64,000 nucleotides of DNA from an uncultured Coriobacteriaceae bacterium (GCA_964633595.1 CAZWGV010000001.1:33083-97082); one strand, 5' to 3'. Shown: positions 24,885 to 34,512, numbered from the stretch's first letter. Made by a program: numbers and translations. Notes: generated from the sequence alone by a model not told the origin.

Positions 24885-25991
24885 CTACTCGATCGGCTGG
24901 AACCGGTCGCGCAGCCTTTCCTCCACCATCGGCATCGTCGTGTACTCCATCTCATCGAGCGAGAGCCGATGCGGCTCGAACGGTCCGTGACGGCGCATGT
25001 AGTCGGCGACGTCGAGCGCCAAGGCGCGCGAGTTGTCGAAGCTGATGTCACCCAGCATGTCGTGTGGACGCCCCAGCCTGCCGTCTTCCAGCAGCTGAAG
25101 TCCGTAGGCGACAACGCGAGGCGGACCGTCGAACCGGCTCGGCGTGTCATCGTCCCACGAGACCGGCATCAGGGGACCGTGGTGACTCCCGCGCATCCAG
25201 CCGGCAACGGTGTGCGGGAAGGCGAATGGCTCGAGCGCTTCGCCCACCGCCGGCAGACCGCTCTGGCAGCGGACTATCATCACAGGGTCGTCCTTCCCAA
25301 CATAGCGTCCCGCTATCAGTGAGAGCCTCTGGGTCGACGTCGCTGCCGCGATCTCCCCGTCGCTCTTGCGAAAGACGTGCTTGATCACATAGCGCGCCGG
25401 TGCGCCTACGTAGACGAGCAGGTCGTATATCTCGTCTGGGGCGTCGAAGGAGACCTTCTTCTCCTCGAAGAGATCGTGAACCTCGAAGACGAAGCCGCCG
25501 TGCATGTTGGGATCTATGACCAGCCCGGCGGTGTTGAACGGATCGGCGAACATCTTGTACAGAGGCAGATTCCAGGCTCCTGGCTCGGTCTTGTCGGCGA
25601 GGAACACGATGATGGGTTCGCTCGGCCGGACCTCGATCTCCATCTCTGCGCAGCCCGGTCCCATTCCCCGTACATTGCCCGAGAAAGAATCGGCCAGCAG
25701 ATCCTGCCCCGCACCGTACTGACCGAGCTCTCTGGCCTTCTCGGTCATCGCTACGAACGTGTCCCAGGCGAACTCGTGGATGTCGGAGGCGTCGATCCCC
25801 CTGCGGTGCGTCATGATGAGCGCTGTGTCATCGCCGACGCGGCCGCGCAGTCCATCCAGGATCACTCCCGCGCCCTTAGCCTCCTCCAGTCGCTCCTCGG
25901 CCAGTTCACAGATCTCCGGGTGGACGCTGCAGTGGCCCACCCATCCGCCGATGTCGGCCTTGATCACGCTGAGTGTCAGCTTCTGTGGCAT
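24885..25991 (-). CDS. fbp: bifunctional fructose-1,6-bisphosphate aldolase/phosphatase (class V FBPase, archaeal type)
   Basis: MPQKLTLSVIKADIGGWVGHCSVHPE... is the hallmark N-terminus, and the 368-aa length is typical. Confidence 0.88.
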   Translation of the reverse strand: MPQKLTLSVIKADIGGWVGHCSVHPEICELAEERLEEAKGAGVILDGLRGRVGDDTALIMTHRRGIDASDIHEFAWDTFVAMTEKARELGQYGAGQDLLADSFSGNVRGMGPGCAEMEIEVRPSEPIIVFLADKTEPGAWNLPLYKMFADPFNTAGLVIDPNMHGGFVFEVHDLFEEKKVSFDAPDEIYDLLVYVGAPARYVIKHVFRKSDGEIAAATSTQRLSLIAGRYVGKDDPVMIVRCQSGLPAVGEALEPFAFPHTVAGWMRGSHHGPLMPVSWDDDTPSRFDGPPRVVAYGLQLLEDGRLGRPHDMLGDISFDNSRALALDVADYMRRHGPFEPHRLSLDEMEYTTMPMVEERLRDRFQPIE

Positions 25992-26102
25992 GTCGCCCCC
26001 TCACTGCTCGCTCGGCCACTCCCGGCCGAGCAGGTCCTTCCAGTGACGCCCATCAAGCGGGGGCACAGCTCCGGTGTTCTGCCGTGCCCCTCAAGGAGTC
26101 GT

Positions 26103-27140
26103 TCAAGGAGCAGCGCGCGCCATCGAGCTCGCTCGTGAGAGCGCGCCCTCGAGGTTCACGTTGCCTCGGACGGTCACGAGCGGGGTCGACGCCAAGAGGT
26201 CAGCGTGCACTTCGTTCGCCGAGTACTCCTCCCCGATGCCGCCGCGCATGAGGTAGGACAGATTCTCGGTGGTGGTTGCACCGCCGAGGAATACGCCCGC
26301 GCAGGGGAGGAAGGCCAATGCCATGATCTGACAGAAGCGTCCGACGCAGCGGTAGTAGACGTCGAGGGCACGGTGTGCTGCCGTGTCGCCGCCCTCGATG
26401 GCGGCTCGCGATATGCCAGCCGCATCAGTGATGGCTGCGGGTCGCGGGGCGACGAGCCGTCCATCCTGGCGGGCTATCTCGTAGAGTCTCGCGAGACCCG
26501 TGCCTGACACGATGTCCTCCCATGTCGGCGCTCGGCCTAGCGCGTCGCGCAGACGCACGATGAGCATCGCGACATCGGGGGAGAAGACCGGTACCGGTGT
26601 GTGCTGTACCTCGCAGCCCACTGCGACGTGTCGGGCACCCGATGGGTCCGTGCGCACCAGTGCCGATGCGCCGAGTCCGGTACCCGGAGTCACATAGGCC
26701 AGATTGCCGCACGCGGGGTCCGGAAGTTCGCCGCTCGGCGAAGAGAGTACCTTGAAGCGATGGCTCTCACCGCGCGCCAAGGAGTCGAGCAGCCCGTGCG
26801 CCCCCGCGACGACGTCGTTCATCATCTCTGTTCGATCAGCAGGGAGCCCGGCCCCGATCAGATCGCTGAGCTCGACCCGAACTCCCTCGCCCCAGTTCGT
26901 CATCCTGACACGTTCGCCATCGACTACAGGTCCCGCAAAGGCAAGAGTTGCTGCCACCGGATCACCGGCGCTCTGGAGGACTTCGGCTACGAAGCCGAGA
27001 AGCTCGTCTTTCGAGGTGACTCGGGCGGAGAACGGTGCCTCGGAGGCTTGCTGTGGCTCTCGCTGCGCCGAACCGCCGACTTCGGCGATGAGCGCCCGGC
27101 TATTCGTCCCGCCGATGTCGAACGCGACGATCTTCGCCAC
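26103..27140 (-). CDS. glk: glucokinase (Glk family)
   Basis: MAKIVAFDIGGTNSRALIAEV, LAFAGPV, MTNW, MMNDVVAGAHG, PGTGLGAS, VFLGGA: ordered Glk-family motifs. Confidence 0.75.
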   Translation of the reverse strand: MAKIVAFDIGGTNSRALIAEVGGSAQREPQQASEAPFSARVTSKDELLGFVAEVLQSAGDPVAATLAFAGPVVDGERVRMTNWGEGVRVELSDLIGAGLPADRTEMMNDVVAGAHGLLDSLARGESHRFKVLSSPSGELPDPACGNLAYVTPGTGLGASALVRTDPSGARHVAVGCEVQHTPVPVFSPDVAMLIVRLRDALGRAPTWEDIVSGTGLARLYEIARQDGRLVAPRPAAITDAAGISRAAIEGGDTAAHRALDVYYRCVGRFCQIMALAFLPCAGVFLGGATTTENLSYLMRGGIGEEYSANEVHADLLASTPLVTVRGNVNLEGALSRASSMARAAP

Positions 27141-27289
27141 TCGACCCTCCAGCTAGCGTCACACAGGAGTCATTACCCACTGACTCACGGAAAGCCCAAC
27201 GAGGTCGCGTGGCGGCGATGTCCTCGAGGGCCGACGATGTTCGCGAGGGTGGGCCTGTCCAGCACTGCCCCCTTCGGTGCTCGCCCGCT

Positions 27290-29635
27290 CTAGCGCAGCG
27301 GTCTGCGAACTCCTCCTGCGGGTCGCTCGCAGAGCGGCGTCATCGACTCTCTGTACTCGAGCAAGGCGTCCTCTCCGAACCAGAAGCGGCCGAGCTCGCC
27401 GGCACGGCGCTCTATCGCCTCCCGCACACCCGCATCCGCCTCCTGGAACAGAGTGACGATCACAGTGGGGGAGTCCTTCTCGGCGATGTCCCAGACACCG
27501 ATCACCTTGCCGTTGACCAGCACCACCGAGGTCACATTGCCCGAGCGGTCGAACACGAACGGCCGATGCTCGTCAGCGACATAGCGGCCGCGCTCCGCGT
27601 AGCCCATTGTGAGCGGATCGAAGCTGGGCAGGAAGGAGACCTCCGGGCCTTCCATGAGCGTCGCCGACGTCAGCTCGTCGGTATCCGTTGCGTGCATGAG
27701 GTGGATCTCCTCGGAGTCGTCCAGCGAAACCTCGACGATCTCGTCCTCAAGATGTCGAAGTGCCCATTTGACGCGGGTCACGCCGACCCCGCTCCACCAG
27801 GCGGCATCTCTCTTCGTGACGGGGCCGAAAGCGCGGACGTACTGCCTCATCAGCTCGATCAAGGCGTTATCCCCGGTTATCGAGTCGAGGCTCACATCAG
27901 GTAGCGCTTTGGACAGAGGCACGTAGGTGTAGCGCCGGTCTTGCCAGCCGCCACGCGGGCGATCCCTGAGCAGCGACCCCTCGGCGGATAGCAGAGTGAT
28001 CAGGGCGGCTATGTTGACAGTGCCGCCCAGTCGTCCTCGGAGCTCGTTGGTTGTGAGTGGCTCCTCGGCTAGCAGGTCGAGGATCCTGGACGCTGACGCC
28101 TCATACACCTCGGGTGTCACACCGCGGGCCAGGGCGAAGGCACGCGCGTGCCTCACTACCGCGCGTGTGGTGGCCGCATGAACCACGGGCAGCATCTCGC
28201 GGCGAACCGCGTAGACGGTGCCCCTCATGCACCGGAAGAGCACCAGCGTCTTCCGGTCGAAGAGCGCCGAGTCGAGCGAGTCGCGCGTCATGTCGGGCTG
28301 GCGAGCAAGAAGAGACAGGTAGGGGCTCGTGGGTTCTCCAGCGTGGAGGCCGACTATGTCGGAGACGACGGACTCGATACTGTCGTGATCTCGCCACTGC
28401 CTCCCGGTGAGGTGATGCCTCGTCAGGACCCGCGCTGTCGCTCGCACTGCTCGATAGGTGCGGGCTTGGGGCGGCACGGGGCAGTACGCAGGTTCTCCTC
28501 TCTGGCCGCGCGGCGGCATCGCCATGCCCGAGCCTCCCTTCGAGCTCGGCAGCCTGGACACATCGACGGAGGCGATCTGGTCGGCCAGGTCGCCCAGGCG
28601 CGCGAGCGCCGCCAGCGCCCGGGCGGTCGCAAAGGGCGAAGGCGCACGCTTGGCCCCGAAAGAGAACCGCTCGAAGCCGCGGTAGATGCGCCTAGGCGTG
28701 ACTCGACCTTCGTCGTCGAAGTTGTAGGCGATCAGGCATGCTGCCAGCTCCGCGAGTGCCTGGCGGTCCTCCTCGCGCACGGAGTCTCCGCGCCAGAGGT
28801 AGGGGTAACGGCCAACTGTCTCCAGTACCCAGAGCACGTCGTACCAGAAGTTCGGCCACTTCACGCTCTTGAACTGGTAACCATGGCCGAACGAGTATGG
28901 CCGCTCCTCGGTTCTCCTTCGCCAGATCTCCAGCGGTGTTCGAGCTGCCTCAAGGACTCTGGCCGGGCGCGCGTCGGGCGGAGCATGCGACCAGGCTCTA
29001 AGCCCCTCAAGAGTCACCTGGGGGCACGCGTCCACGATGCGATTAGGCCGCAGGACGGGGCGTCGCTCGGGTACGCACCGCCAACCGGGTCCCTGAGGAG
29101 TGTTGGCGAGGTCCTCGGTCATCCGGCGGAGGGACCGGATGATGTGCCGCTCGCCTCCTCTCCCAAAACGCAAGATCGTGTCGGTGATGACGTTGGTGTC
29201 GCAAAGCAGCGAGCCGCGCTCGGGTTTGCGCCTGCGGCCGGCGATCTCCGGCGTCCGGAAACGTCCCTGGTTGTCTCGGGTCATGAGCAGGCTGTCTATC
29301 AGGGCATCGACTCTGGGCGAGTCGCCGCTTCTGACGCCCATGTCGGCGAGCAGGTTCAGGTGGTTGGGCATGAACTTGGGACTGTGATGATCCGAGTATC
29401 CGGGATCTGTGGGATCGGGCAGTTCGGATTTGAGGGCCGTCACCCTCGGATCGGACAAGGTGGCCTCACGAGCGGCGTGCACCTCCGGGTCATCGTCGGG
29501 TCTTCCCAGGACAGCCGTTAATGCTGCCCAGCGCGCATAGGGCTCGTCCGACGAGAGCAGCCACGGGAGGGGGTCTGCGCCATGAAGCACCGTCTTGATG
29601 ACGGCGTGAACATCACCTGCGACGCTCTTGTGCAT
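27290..29635 (-). CDS. fusion protein: N-terminal alpha/alpha-toroid-like domain plus C-terminal winged-helix YcaQ/AlkZ-like (HTH_42) domain
   Basis: ATG 29635 chosen; the longer ORF reaching 29803 overlaps the upstream gene. The C-terminal roughly 380 aa match the YcaQ/AlkZ pattern (VGLHAGEPTSPYLSLLAR, RCMRGTVYAV, GWQDRRYTYVPL, VLVNGKVIGVWD). The N-terminal roughly 400 aa (SPKFMPNHLNLLADMG, YSFGHGYQFKSVKWPNFWYDVLWVLE) resemble prenyltransferase/terpene-cyclase-like toroid proteins; that call is tentative. Confidence 0.7.
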   Translation of the reverse strand: MHKSVAGDVHAVIKTVLHGADPLPWLLSSDEPYARWAALTAVLGRPDDDPEVHAAREATLSDPRVTALKSELPDPTDPGYSDHHSPKFMPNHLNLLADMGVRSGDSPRVDALIDSLLMTRDNQGRFRTPEIAGRRRKPERGSLLCDTNVITDTILRFGRGGERHIIRSLRRMTEDLANTPQGPGWRCVPERRPVLRPNRIVDACPQVTLEGLRAWSHAPPDARPARVLEAARTPLEIWRRRTEERPYSFGHGYQFKSVKWPNFWYDVLWVLETVGRYPYLWRGDSVREEDRQALAELAACLIAYNFDDEGRVTPRRIYRGFERFSFGAKRAPSPFATARALAALARLGDLADQIASVDVSRLPSSKGGSGMAMPPRGQRGEPAYCPVPPQARTYRAVRATARVLTRHHLTGRQWRDHDSIESVVSDIVGLHAGEPTSPYLSLLARQPDMTRDSLDSALFDRKTLVLFRCMRGTVYAVRREMLPVVHAATTRAVVRHARAFALARGVTPEVYEASASRILDLLAEEPLTTNELRGRLGGTVNIAALITLLSAEGSLLRDRPRGGWQDRRYTYVPLSKALPDVSLDSITGDNALIELMRQYVRAFGPVTKRDAAWWSGVGVTRVKWALRHLEDEIVEVSLDDSEEIHLMHATDTDELTSATLMEGPEVSFLPSFDPLTMGYAERGRYVADEHRPFVFDRSGNVTSVVLVNGKVIGVWDIAEKDSPTVIVTLFQEADAGVREAIERRAGELGRFWFGEDALLEYRESMTPLCERPAGGVRRPLR

Positions 29636-29750
29636 GGGCGCGGCCGATCTGGGCGCGGATCGGATGGTTCGAACCGTACGATACCGCGACCGCAGCCTGG
29701 CGTCGCGAGAGGGGACCCATCTCCCTCCTGGCGGATCGGGTCGCTGCACC

Positions 29751-30407
29751 TCACCTGGCCGCGAAAGCTCGAGCAGCCTCCCAGGCCGCGTAGACACCCG
29801 CAAGCGTGAGTATCAGCGTGCCCACCAAGCGGCCCTTGCTCTCCACCCACCGCTTGAGGGATTCCAACAGGCGCGTCGCTCGGTTAGGGAAGGCTGCGTG
29901 CACAAACAGAGGCACCGTCAGCATGAGCTGGAGGCTGACGACGAAGAGGGCGAGCAGCACCAGCTTCGGCTGTGTTGAGAGCCCGGAGCTTGCGAGGATT
30001 CCCATGCCGGCCAGGAAGTAGACGTACTGCGCACCCGGTGCCGCCACCAGCAGCACCCCGAGCCCGAACGCAGCGGCAGGGCGAGTCCGTTCAAGGGTGG
30101 ACATCCAGCGCGGGTTCGATCTGCTCGGCTGATCCGGCCTCGACCAGGCGAGGACGGCCAGGCCCAGCAGAAGTGCGGCGGACGCCGTTATCAGCCAGGG
30201 GTCACGAGGGATGGTTGGGTCGGCGATACCCTCTGCGGCCAGCTCCTCGAATCCGAAGAGGACAGCGATGCCCAACGTGGCGCGGAAGGTGGCGTTTCCC
30301 AAGATGAATGCGAGAGCGTTCTGGCGCGGCCTGCGCGTGCCCAGCAGCACCACGACAACCAAGGTCCAGGTTGGCAGGAAGGCTCCCGCCACTGCGAATG
30401 GCATCAT
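29751..30407 (-). CDS. GAP (Sap-like) family membrane protein (tentative)
   Basis: Start set at MMPFAVAGAFLPTWTLVVVVLLGTRRPRQNALAFILG. Six hydrophobic segments follow. The upstream 79 codons of the ORF look non-coding. Confidence 0.45.
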   Translation of the reverse strand: MMPFAVAGAFLPTWTLVVVVLLGTRRPRQNALAFILGNATFRATLGIAVLFGFEELAAEGIADPTIPRDPWLITASAALLLGLAVLAWSRPDQPSRSNPRWMSTLERTRPAAAFGLGVLLVAAPGAQYVYFLAGMGILASSGLSTQPKLVLLALFVVSLQLMLTVPLFVHAAFPNRATRLLESLKRWVESKGRLVGTLILTLAGVYAAWEAARAFAAR

Positions 30408-30570
30408 CTCGGCAAGGGTCCACCACACAACCAGTCCCCTCTCGCTCCATGTTTGATGTACCCAGCACGCGAGACGCGGAGCCGACCAGCCAGCCTCCCA
30501 GACGGGCAATGCAGGCAACGGGGGGTTCCTGGACACCGTCTGGGCGGGTAGGTTCACTTCGGCGATCCCT

Positions 30571-31641
30571 GTGACCAGAGGTGTCCCGATGACAGCGAAG
30601 GGACTTCCGAGAACTGAGGTGCTCGACGGGCGATGCGCGGACACGGCATCGGCAGTCCCCCCTTGCGGACCCTGGCATCACCCGAGATCGCTGGCTGCGA
30701 TGGCGGTCGTGGCTGTCATCGCTCTCGCTGCGGCGACAGGATGCGCGCAGCAGCAGGCGGAGGGAGAGAACAGGCGGTTCGCGGGCGTGGGGCTGGAGAC
30801 GGACACGTCCCAGCACTCCGTGGAACTCGACGAACTCCTTCCAGGTGGGCCGCCGAAGGACGGCATACCCGCGCTCACGTCTCCGAAGATGGTGTCACTG
30901 GCTGAGGCGGACATCCCGGAGGGCACCAGGGGCGCACTGCTCGATATCGGTGGCGAGCGACGGTACTACCCCTCCAGCATCTTTGTCTGGCACGAGATCG
31001 CGAATGACGAGGTGGGAGGGAAGGCGGTGGCCGTGACCTTCTGTCCGCTCTGCGGGAGCGCGGTACTCTTCGACGGGGTGGTAGCGGGCAGAGAGCTCGA
31101 GTTCGGTGTTAGCGGACTGCTCTACGAGTCCAACCTGGTGATGTACGACAAGGGGACCGAGTCGCTGTGGTCACAATCGCTCGGCGAAGCCATAGTTGGC
31201 GAACTCACGGGCACGCGCCTCGAGCTGCTGCCCGTGCAGATGCTCGATGTGGCTGAGGTCAGGGAGAAGTACCCCGATGCGCTCGCGCTGAGCACGGACA
31301 CAGGGCATCAGAGGGACTACGAGAACAACCCGTATGCGGGATACGAAGACACTGAGCAGATGTACTTCCCGGTGTCGGTCAACGACAAGCGGTTCGGCGC
31401 CAAGGAGCTGATGTACGTCTTCCGCTTGGGTGACCGCTCGGTGGCCACTCTCTACGACGGCATCCCGCAAGGGCGTACGCAGGCGAGCATCGAGCAGACC
31501 GAGGTGGGGATCGATCGCAGCGGCGGTGAGGTGACAGTGACCTCGTCCGGTGCGAGGCTGCCCGGCTACTTCGAGATGTGGTTCTCCTGGGCCACCCAGC
31601 ACCAAGGCGACGGCGTGGTTTGGGAGCCCGAGGATGAGTGA
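30571..31641 (+). CDS. DUF3179 domain protein (probable lipoprotein)
   Basis: GGPPKDGIPALTSP, VWHEIANDEVGGKAVAVTFCPLCGSAVLF, EFGVSGLLYESNLVMYDKGTESLWSQ are DUF3179 signatures. A possible lipobox is AATGC. Start uncertain (30571-30700). Confidence 0.75.
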   Translation: MTRGVPMTAKGLPRTEVLDGRCADTASAVPPCGPWHHPRSLAAMAVVAVIALAAATGCAQQQAEGENRRFAGVGLETDTSQHSVELDELLPGGPPKDGIPALTSPKMVSLAEADIPEGTRGALLDIGGERRYYPSSIFVWHEIANDEVGGKAVAVTFCPLCGSAVLFDGVVAGRELEFGVSGLLYESNLVMYDKGTESLWSQSLGEAIVGELTGTRLELLPVQMLDVAEVREKYPDALALSTDTGHQRDYENNPYAGYEDTEQMYFPVSVNDKRFGAKELMYVFRLGDRSVATLYDGIPQGRTQASIEQTEVGIDRSGGEVTVTSSGARLPGYFEMWFSWATQHQGDGVVWEPEDE

Positions 31642-32431
31642 GGCGTCCTCAGTCGCCCCGCTCATCTCGGCGTATCTGGCCGCTCTCGCAGCGGTGTTCA
31701 CCTACATGACCGCAGCGTTCCTTGTTGCGCTGCGTCTGGGCAGGAGCGATATCGCCGACGTCGCATGGGGACTGGGCTTCGTAGGCGTCTGTGCCACGAT
31801 GCTGCTGGGATCTGGAGGCGGGGCGGGGCGGGGCCGCCTGCTGCTCATGTCCGTGCTGACGACGATCTGGGGTATCCGACTTGCGTGGCACATAGCCTCG
31901 CGTCGCCGAGGCAAGCCTCAGGACTTCCGCTATGCGGGGCTGGAGCCGGGCTGGTGTGCCGCCGCCAGGATGTATGTCCGTGTCTTCCTGGTCCAGGGCG
32001 GCTTCATGCTGCTGGTTTCGGCCCCGATCGTCTTCGCTGGCGCCTATACGGGGCCTTCGCTGGGTTCCACCGAGGTCTTGGGCGTCGCCATCTGGGTATT
32101 CGGCTTTGCGTTCGAGGCGATCGCGGATGCTCAACTGGCGGCTTTCAAGCGGAAGGGGAGCGACTCGGGTCGCGTCATTCAGACCGGCCTGTGGTCGTGG
32201 AGCAGGCACCCCAACTACTTCGGTGAGACGGTGCTCTGGTGGGGCGCGTGGATCATCGCCCTGCGGGTTCCCTATGGGTGGGCGGCCGTCATCGGCCCGC
32301 TAACCATCACTTGGCTGCTGCTCGGGATCTCAGGAATCCCGATGCTCGAGCGCCGATACGCTGACGACGCCGAGTATCAGGAGTACGCTCGCAGGGTGAG
32401 CGTGTTCCTGCCGAGACCGCCCAGAGGATGA
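31634..32431 (+). CDS. DUF1295 / steroid-5-alpha-reductase-like membrane protein
   Basis: ATG 31634 overlaps the previous stop. GLWSWSRHPNYFGETVLWWGAWIIAL motif is present. Confidence 0.75.
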   Translation: MSEASSVAPLISAYLAALAAVFTYMTAAFLVALRLGRSDIADVAWGLGFVGVCATMLLGSGGGAGRGRLLLMSVLTTIWGIRLAWHIASRRRGKPQDFRYAGLEPGWCAAARMYVRVFLVQGGFMLLVSAPIVFAGAYTGPSLGSTEVLGVAIWVFGFAFEAIADAQLAAFKRKGSDSGRVIQTGLWSWSRHPNYFGETVLWWGAWIIALRVPYGWAAVIGPLTITWLLLGISGIPMLERRYADDAEYQEYARRVSVFLPRPPRG

Positions 32432-32497
32432 AGTGGTCTGTCCGGGTGGACGCACCGTCAACTCTGAGCCGTCGCACTAGATGGAGGGGAGAGCGCG

Positions 32498-33361
32498 ATG
32501 ACCGAGCCTGCGATCCAGGTACAGGACATCAGTTACTCGTACGGGGACGTTGAGGCGGTGCGCGGCATCAGCTTCGACGTGGCCGAGGGGGAGATCCTCG
32601 GCTTCCTCGGCCCCAATGGTGCCGGCAAGTCGACAACCATCAAAGTGCTGACCGGACAGCTTGCGCCGAAGTCCGGCAAAGCGAAGATCCTCGGCCGGGA
32701 CGTGGGCAGGGACGACCCGGAGATCCAGCAGTACATCGGAGTCTGCTTCGAAGAGAAGAACCTCTACGCCAACATGTCCGCCGAGGAGAACCTGAGGTTT
32801 CACGCCAGCCTTTTCGGCATCGCACGGCCCGACACGGACGCCCTCTTGCGTCGCGTGGGACTGGGTGACCGCGCGAAGGACCGCGTGAGCGCCTACTCCA
32901 AGGGTATGAAGCAGCGCCTCATGATGGCGCGAGCGCTGGTGAACTCGCCCAAGGTCCTCTTCCTCGACGAGCCCACAGACGGACTCGACCCCGTCTCCTC
33001 CCGGGCGATACGCCAGGCGATCAAGGAGGAGTCCGAGAGGGGGGCCGCAGTGCTCCTCACGACGCACGACATGTGGGAAGCCGACGAACTCTCGGATCGC
33101 GTCGCGTTCATCAACGAGGGCAAGCTCTATGCGGTGGACACTCCGGAGAACCTGAAGCTCGAGCACGGAGAGAGGGCCGTGAAGGTCCGCATCCGCGAGG
33201 ACGGCGAGGTGCGCGAGGAGACCGTCGCCCTCGACGCTCCCGATACCGGGGAACGCTTGAAGGCGGCGGTGGGTGCGCAGGGCCTGCTCACCATACACAC
33301 GGAGGAGTCCACGCTGGAGAACATCTTTGTCGAGATGACAGGCAGGGGGCTCGCGGGATGA
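32498..33361 (+). CDS. ABC transporter ATP-binding protein
   Basis: Walker A GPNGAGKST, signature YSKGMKQRL, Walker B LFLDEPTDGLD. Confidence 0.9.
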   Translation: MTEPAIQVQDISYSYGDVEAVRGISFDVAEGEILGFLGPNGAGKSTTIKVLTGQLAPKSGKAKILGRDVGRDDPEIQQYIGVCFEEKNLYANMSAEENLRFHASLFGIARPDTDALLRRVGLGDRAKDRVSAYSKGMKQRLMMARALVNSPKVLFLDEPTDGLDPVSSRAIRQAIKEESERGAAVLLTTHDMWEADELSDRVAFINEGKLYAVDTPENLKLEHGERAVKVRIREDGEVREETVALDAPDTGERLKAAVGAQGLLTIHTEESTLENIFVEMTGRGLAG

Positions 33362-34512
33362 GCGGCAGAGTCTCTCGCGCCAGCGTCATCGGCGCCATCC
33401 TGCGGAAAGACTTTCAGGCCTACACGCGCGACCGGCTGTGGATATTCCTGACGGCTTTCGGGCTCATCATGTTCGCGGTCGTGTTCTGGGTGCTGCCCGA
33501 CTCGGTGAACGAGACCATCACCGTCGGGGTCTATCCCGCCGATCTCGCGAAGTCGCTGGAGCGGTTGGGGGAGAGCGAGGACGGCCAGGGTGAAGCCGCC
33601 GCAGCGGGACTCGAGGTAGTCTCCTTCGATTCTGTGTCCGAACTCGAGGCGGTGGTCTCCGGTGAGACGGAGGCCGAGGGAGCCCGGGGCGACATCTCGA
33701 TAGGCCTGGCGTTTCCCGAGGACTTCACACAGGGCATCGCGGATGGCCGAAGGGTACAGGTCACCGTCTTTGTCGACAGCGGGGTTCCCGCCGAGGTGCG
33801 CGACGCGATGTCGAGCGCGGTGAGGGAGATCGCGTACCTTCTCTCGGCGGCAGCATCGGGTGAGGATCTGGCGCTGGCCGTTCCTATTGAGGAGAAGACC
33901 GTCATCCTTGGGGAGGATCGAGCGGGCATACAGGTCCCGTTCCGGGACAAGATGAGGCCGATGCTCGCTTACTTCGTGCTGATGATGGAGGCGCTTGCGC
34001 TCGCGTCGCTCATCGCGCTCGAGATCCAGCACCGGACGCTCACGGCGCTGATGGTCACCCCGGCTCGCCTCTCCGACGTGCTGGCCGCAAAGTCGATCCT
34101 AGGCACGACCCTCGCCTTCTCGCAGGCTCTCATCATGCTGGCGGTGACCAACTCGTTCGGCGGAGAGGTGGCCCCGCTGCTATTGGCGACTCTGCTGGGT
34201 GCCATCATCGTGACGGGGATATCCCTCATCTCTGGTGCCGCGGGCAAGGACTTCCTGGGTACGCTCTTCTACGGCATCGCGTTCATGATCCCGCTCGCGA
34301 TCCCCGCGTTCAGCGTGCTCTTCCCCGGCTCCGCCGCAGTCTGGGTGAAGGCGCTGCCGACGTGGGGTGTGGTTGAGACCATGGTCGGCTCGATCGCGTA
34401 CGGGCGCACTCTTGGCGAGCTGTCCGGTCCTCTGGGTGCGGCCGCGGGCTGGTGTGTGGCGGTGTTCGTTGTCGGCCTCGTGATCTTGAAGAGGAAGGCG
34501 GAGAGGCTATGA
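33358..34512 (+). CDS. ABC-2 type transporter permease
   Basis: ATG 33358 overlaps the ATPase stop (ATGA). One N-terminal TM, a large external loop, then 5 TM helices. The upstream part of ORF 33073.. was rejected. Confidence 0.7.
   Translation: MSGRVSRASVIGAILRKDFQAYTRDRLWIFLTAFGLIMFAVVFWVLPDSVNETITVGVYPADLAKSLERLGESEDGQGEAAAAGLEVVSFDSVSELEAVVSGETEAEGARGDISIGLAFPEDFTQGIADGRRVQVTVFVDSGVPAEVRDAMSSAVREIAYLLSAAASGEDLALAVPIEEKTVILGEDRAGIQVPFRDKMRPMLAYFVLMMEALALASLIALEIQHRTLTALMVTPARLSDVLAAKSILGTTLAFSQALIMLAVTNSFGGEVAPLLLATLLGAIIVTGISLISGAAGKDFLGTLFYGIAFMIPLAIPAFSVLFPGSAAVWVKALPTWGVVETMVGSIAYGRTLGELSGPLGAAAGWCVAVFVVGLVILKRKAERL

Noticed and set aside
28148-29521. Very long alternative-frame or antisense ORFs, for example 28148..29521 (457 aa), 37596..38720 (374 aa), 42614..43690 (358 aa), 62299..63402 (367 aa), 57120..58154 (344 aa), 57184..58119 (311 aa), 20913..21797, 45524..46381 and 33127..34032.
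   Set aside because: They overlap genes with clear family signatures. They have Arg/Gly/Pro/Ala-dominated low-complexity composition typical of shadow ORFs in high-GC DNA, and they show no recognisable motifs.
29650-29685. GGTTCGAACC, which looks like a tRNA T-loop, in the intergenic region between the YcaQ-fusion gene and the GAP-family gene.
   Set aside because: It is a simple palindrome. No acceptor, D or anticodon arms can be drawn around it on either strand. No tRNA was found anywhere in the window.
29636-29803. The N-terminal 56-codon extension of the 837-aa ORF, with similar upstream extensions of ORFs 3645, 8758, 13667 (-), 33073, 34452, 39368 (-), 52929 (-), 56240 (-) and 60059.
   Set aside because: The extensions overlap neighbouring genes or lack coding character. 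Internal starts with Shine-Dalgarno sequences or ATGA coupling give family-typical N-termini.
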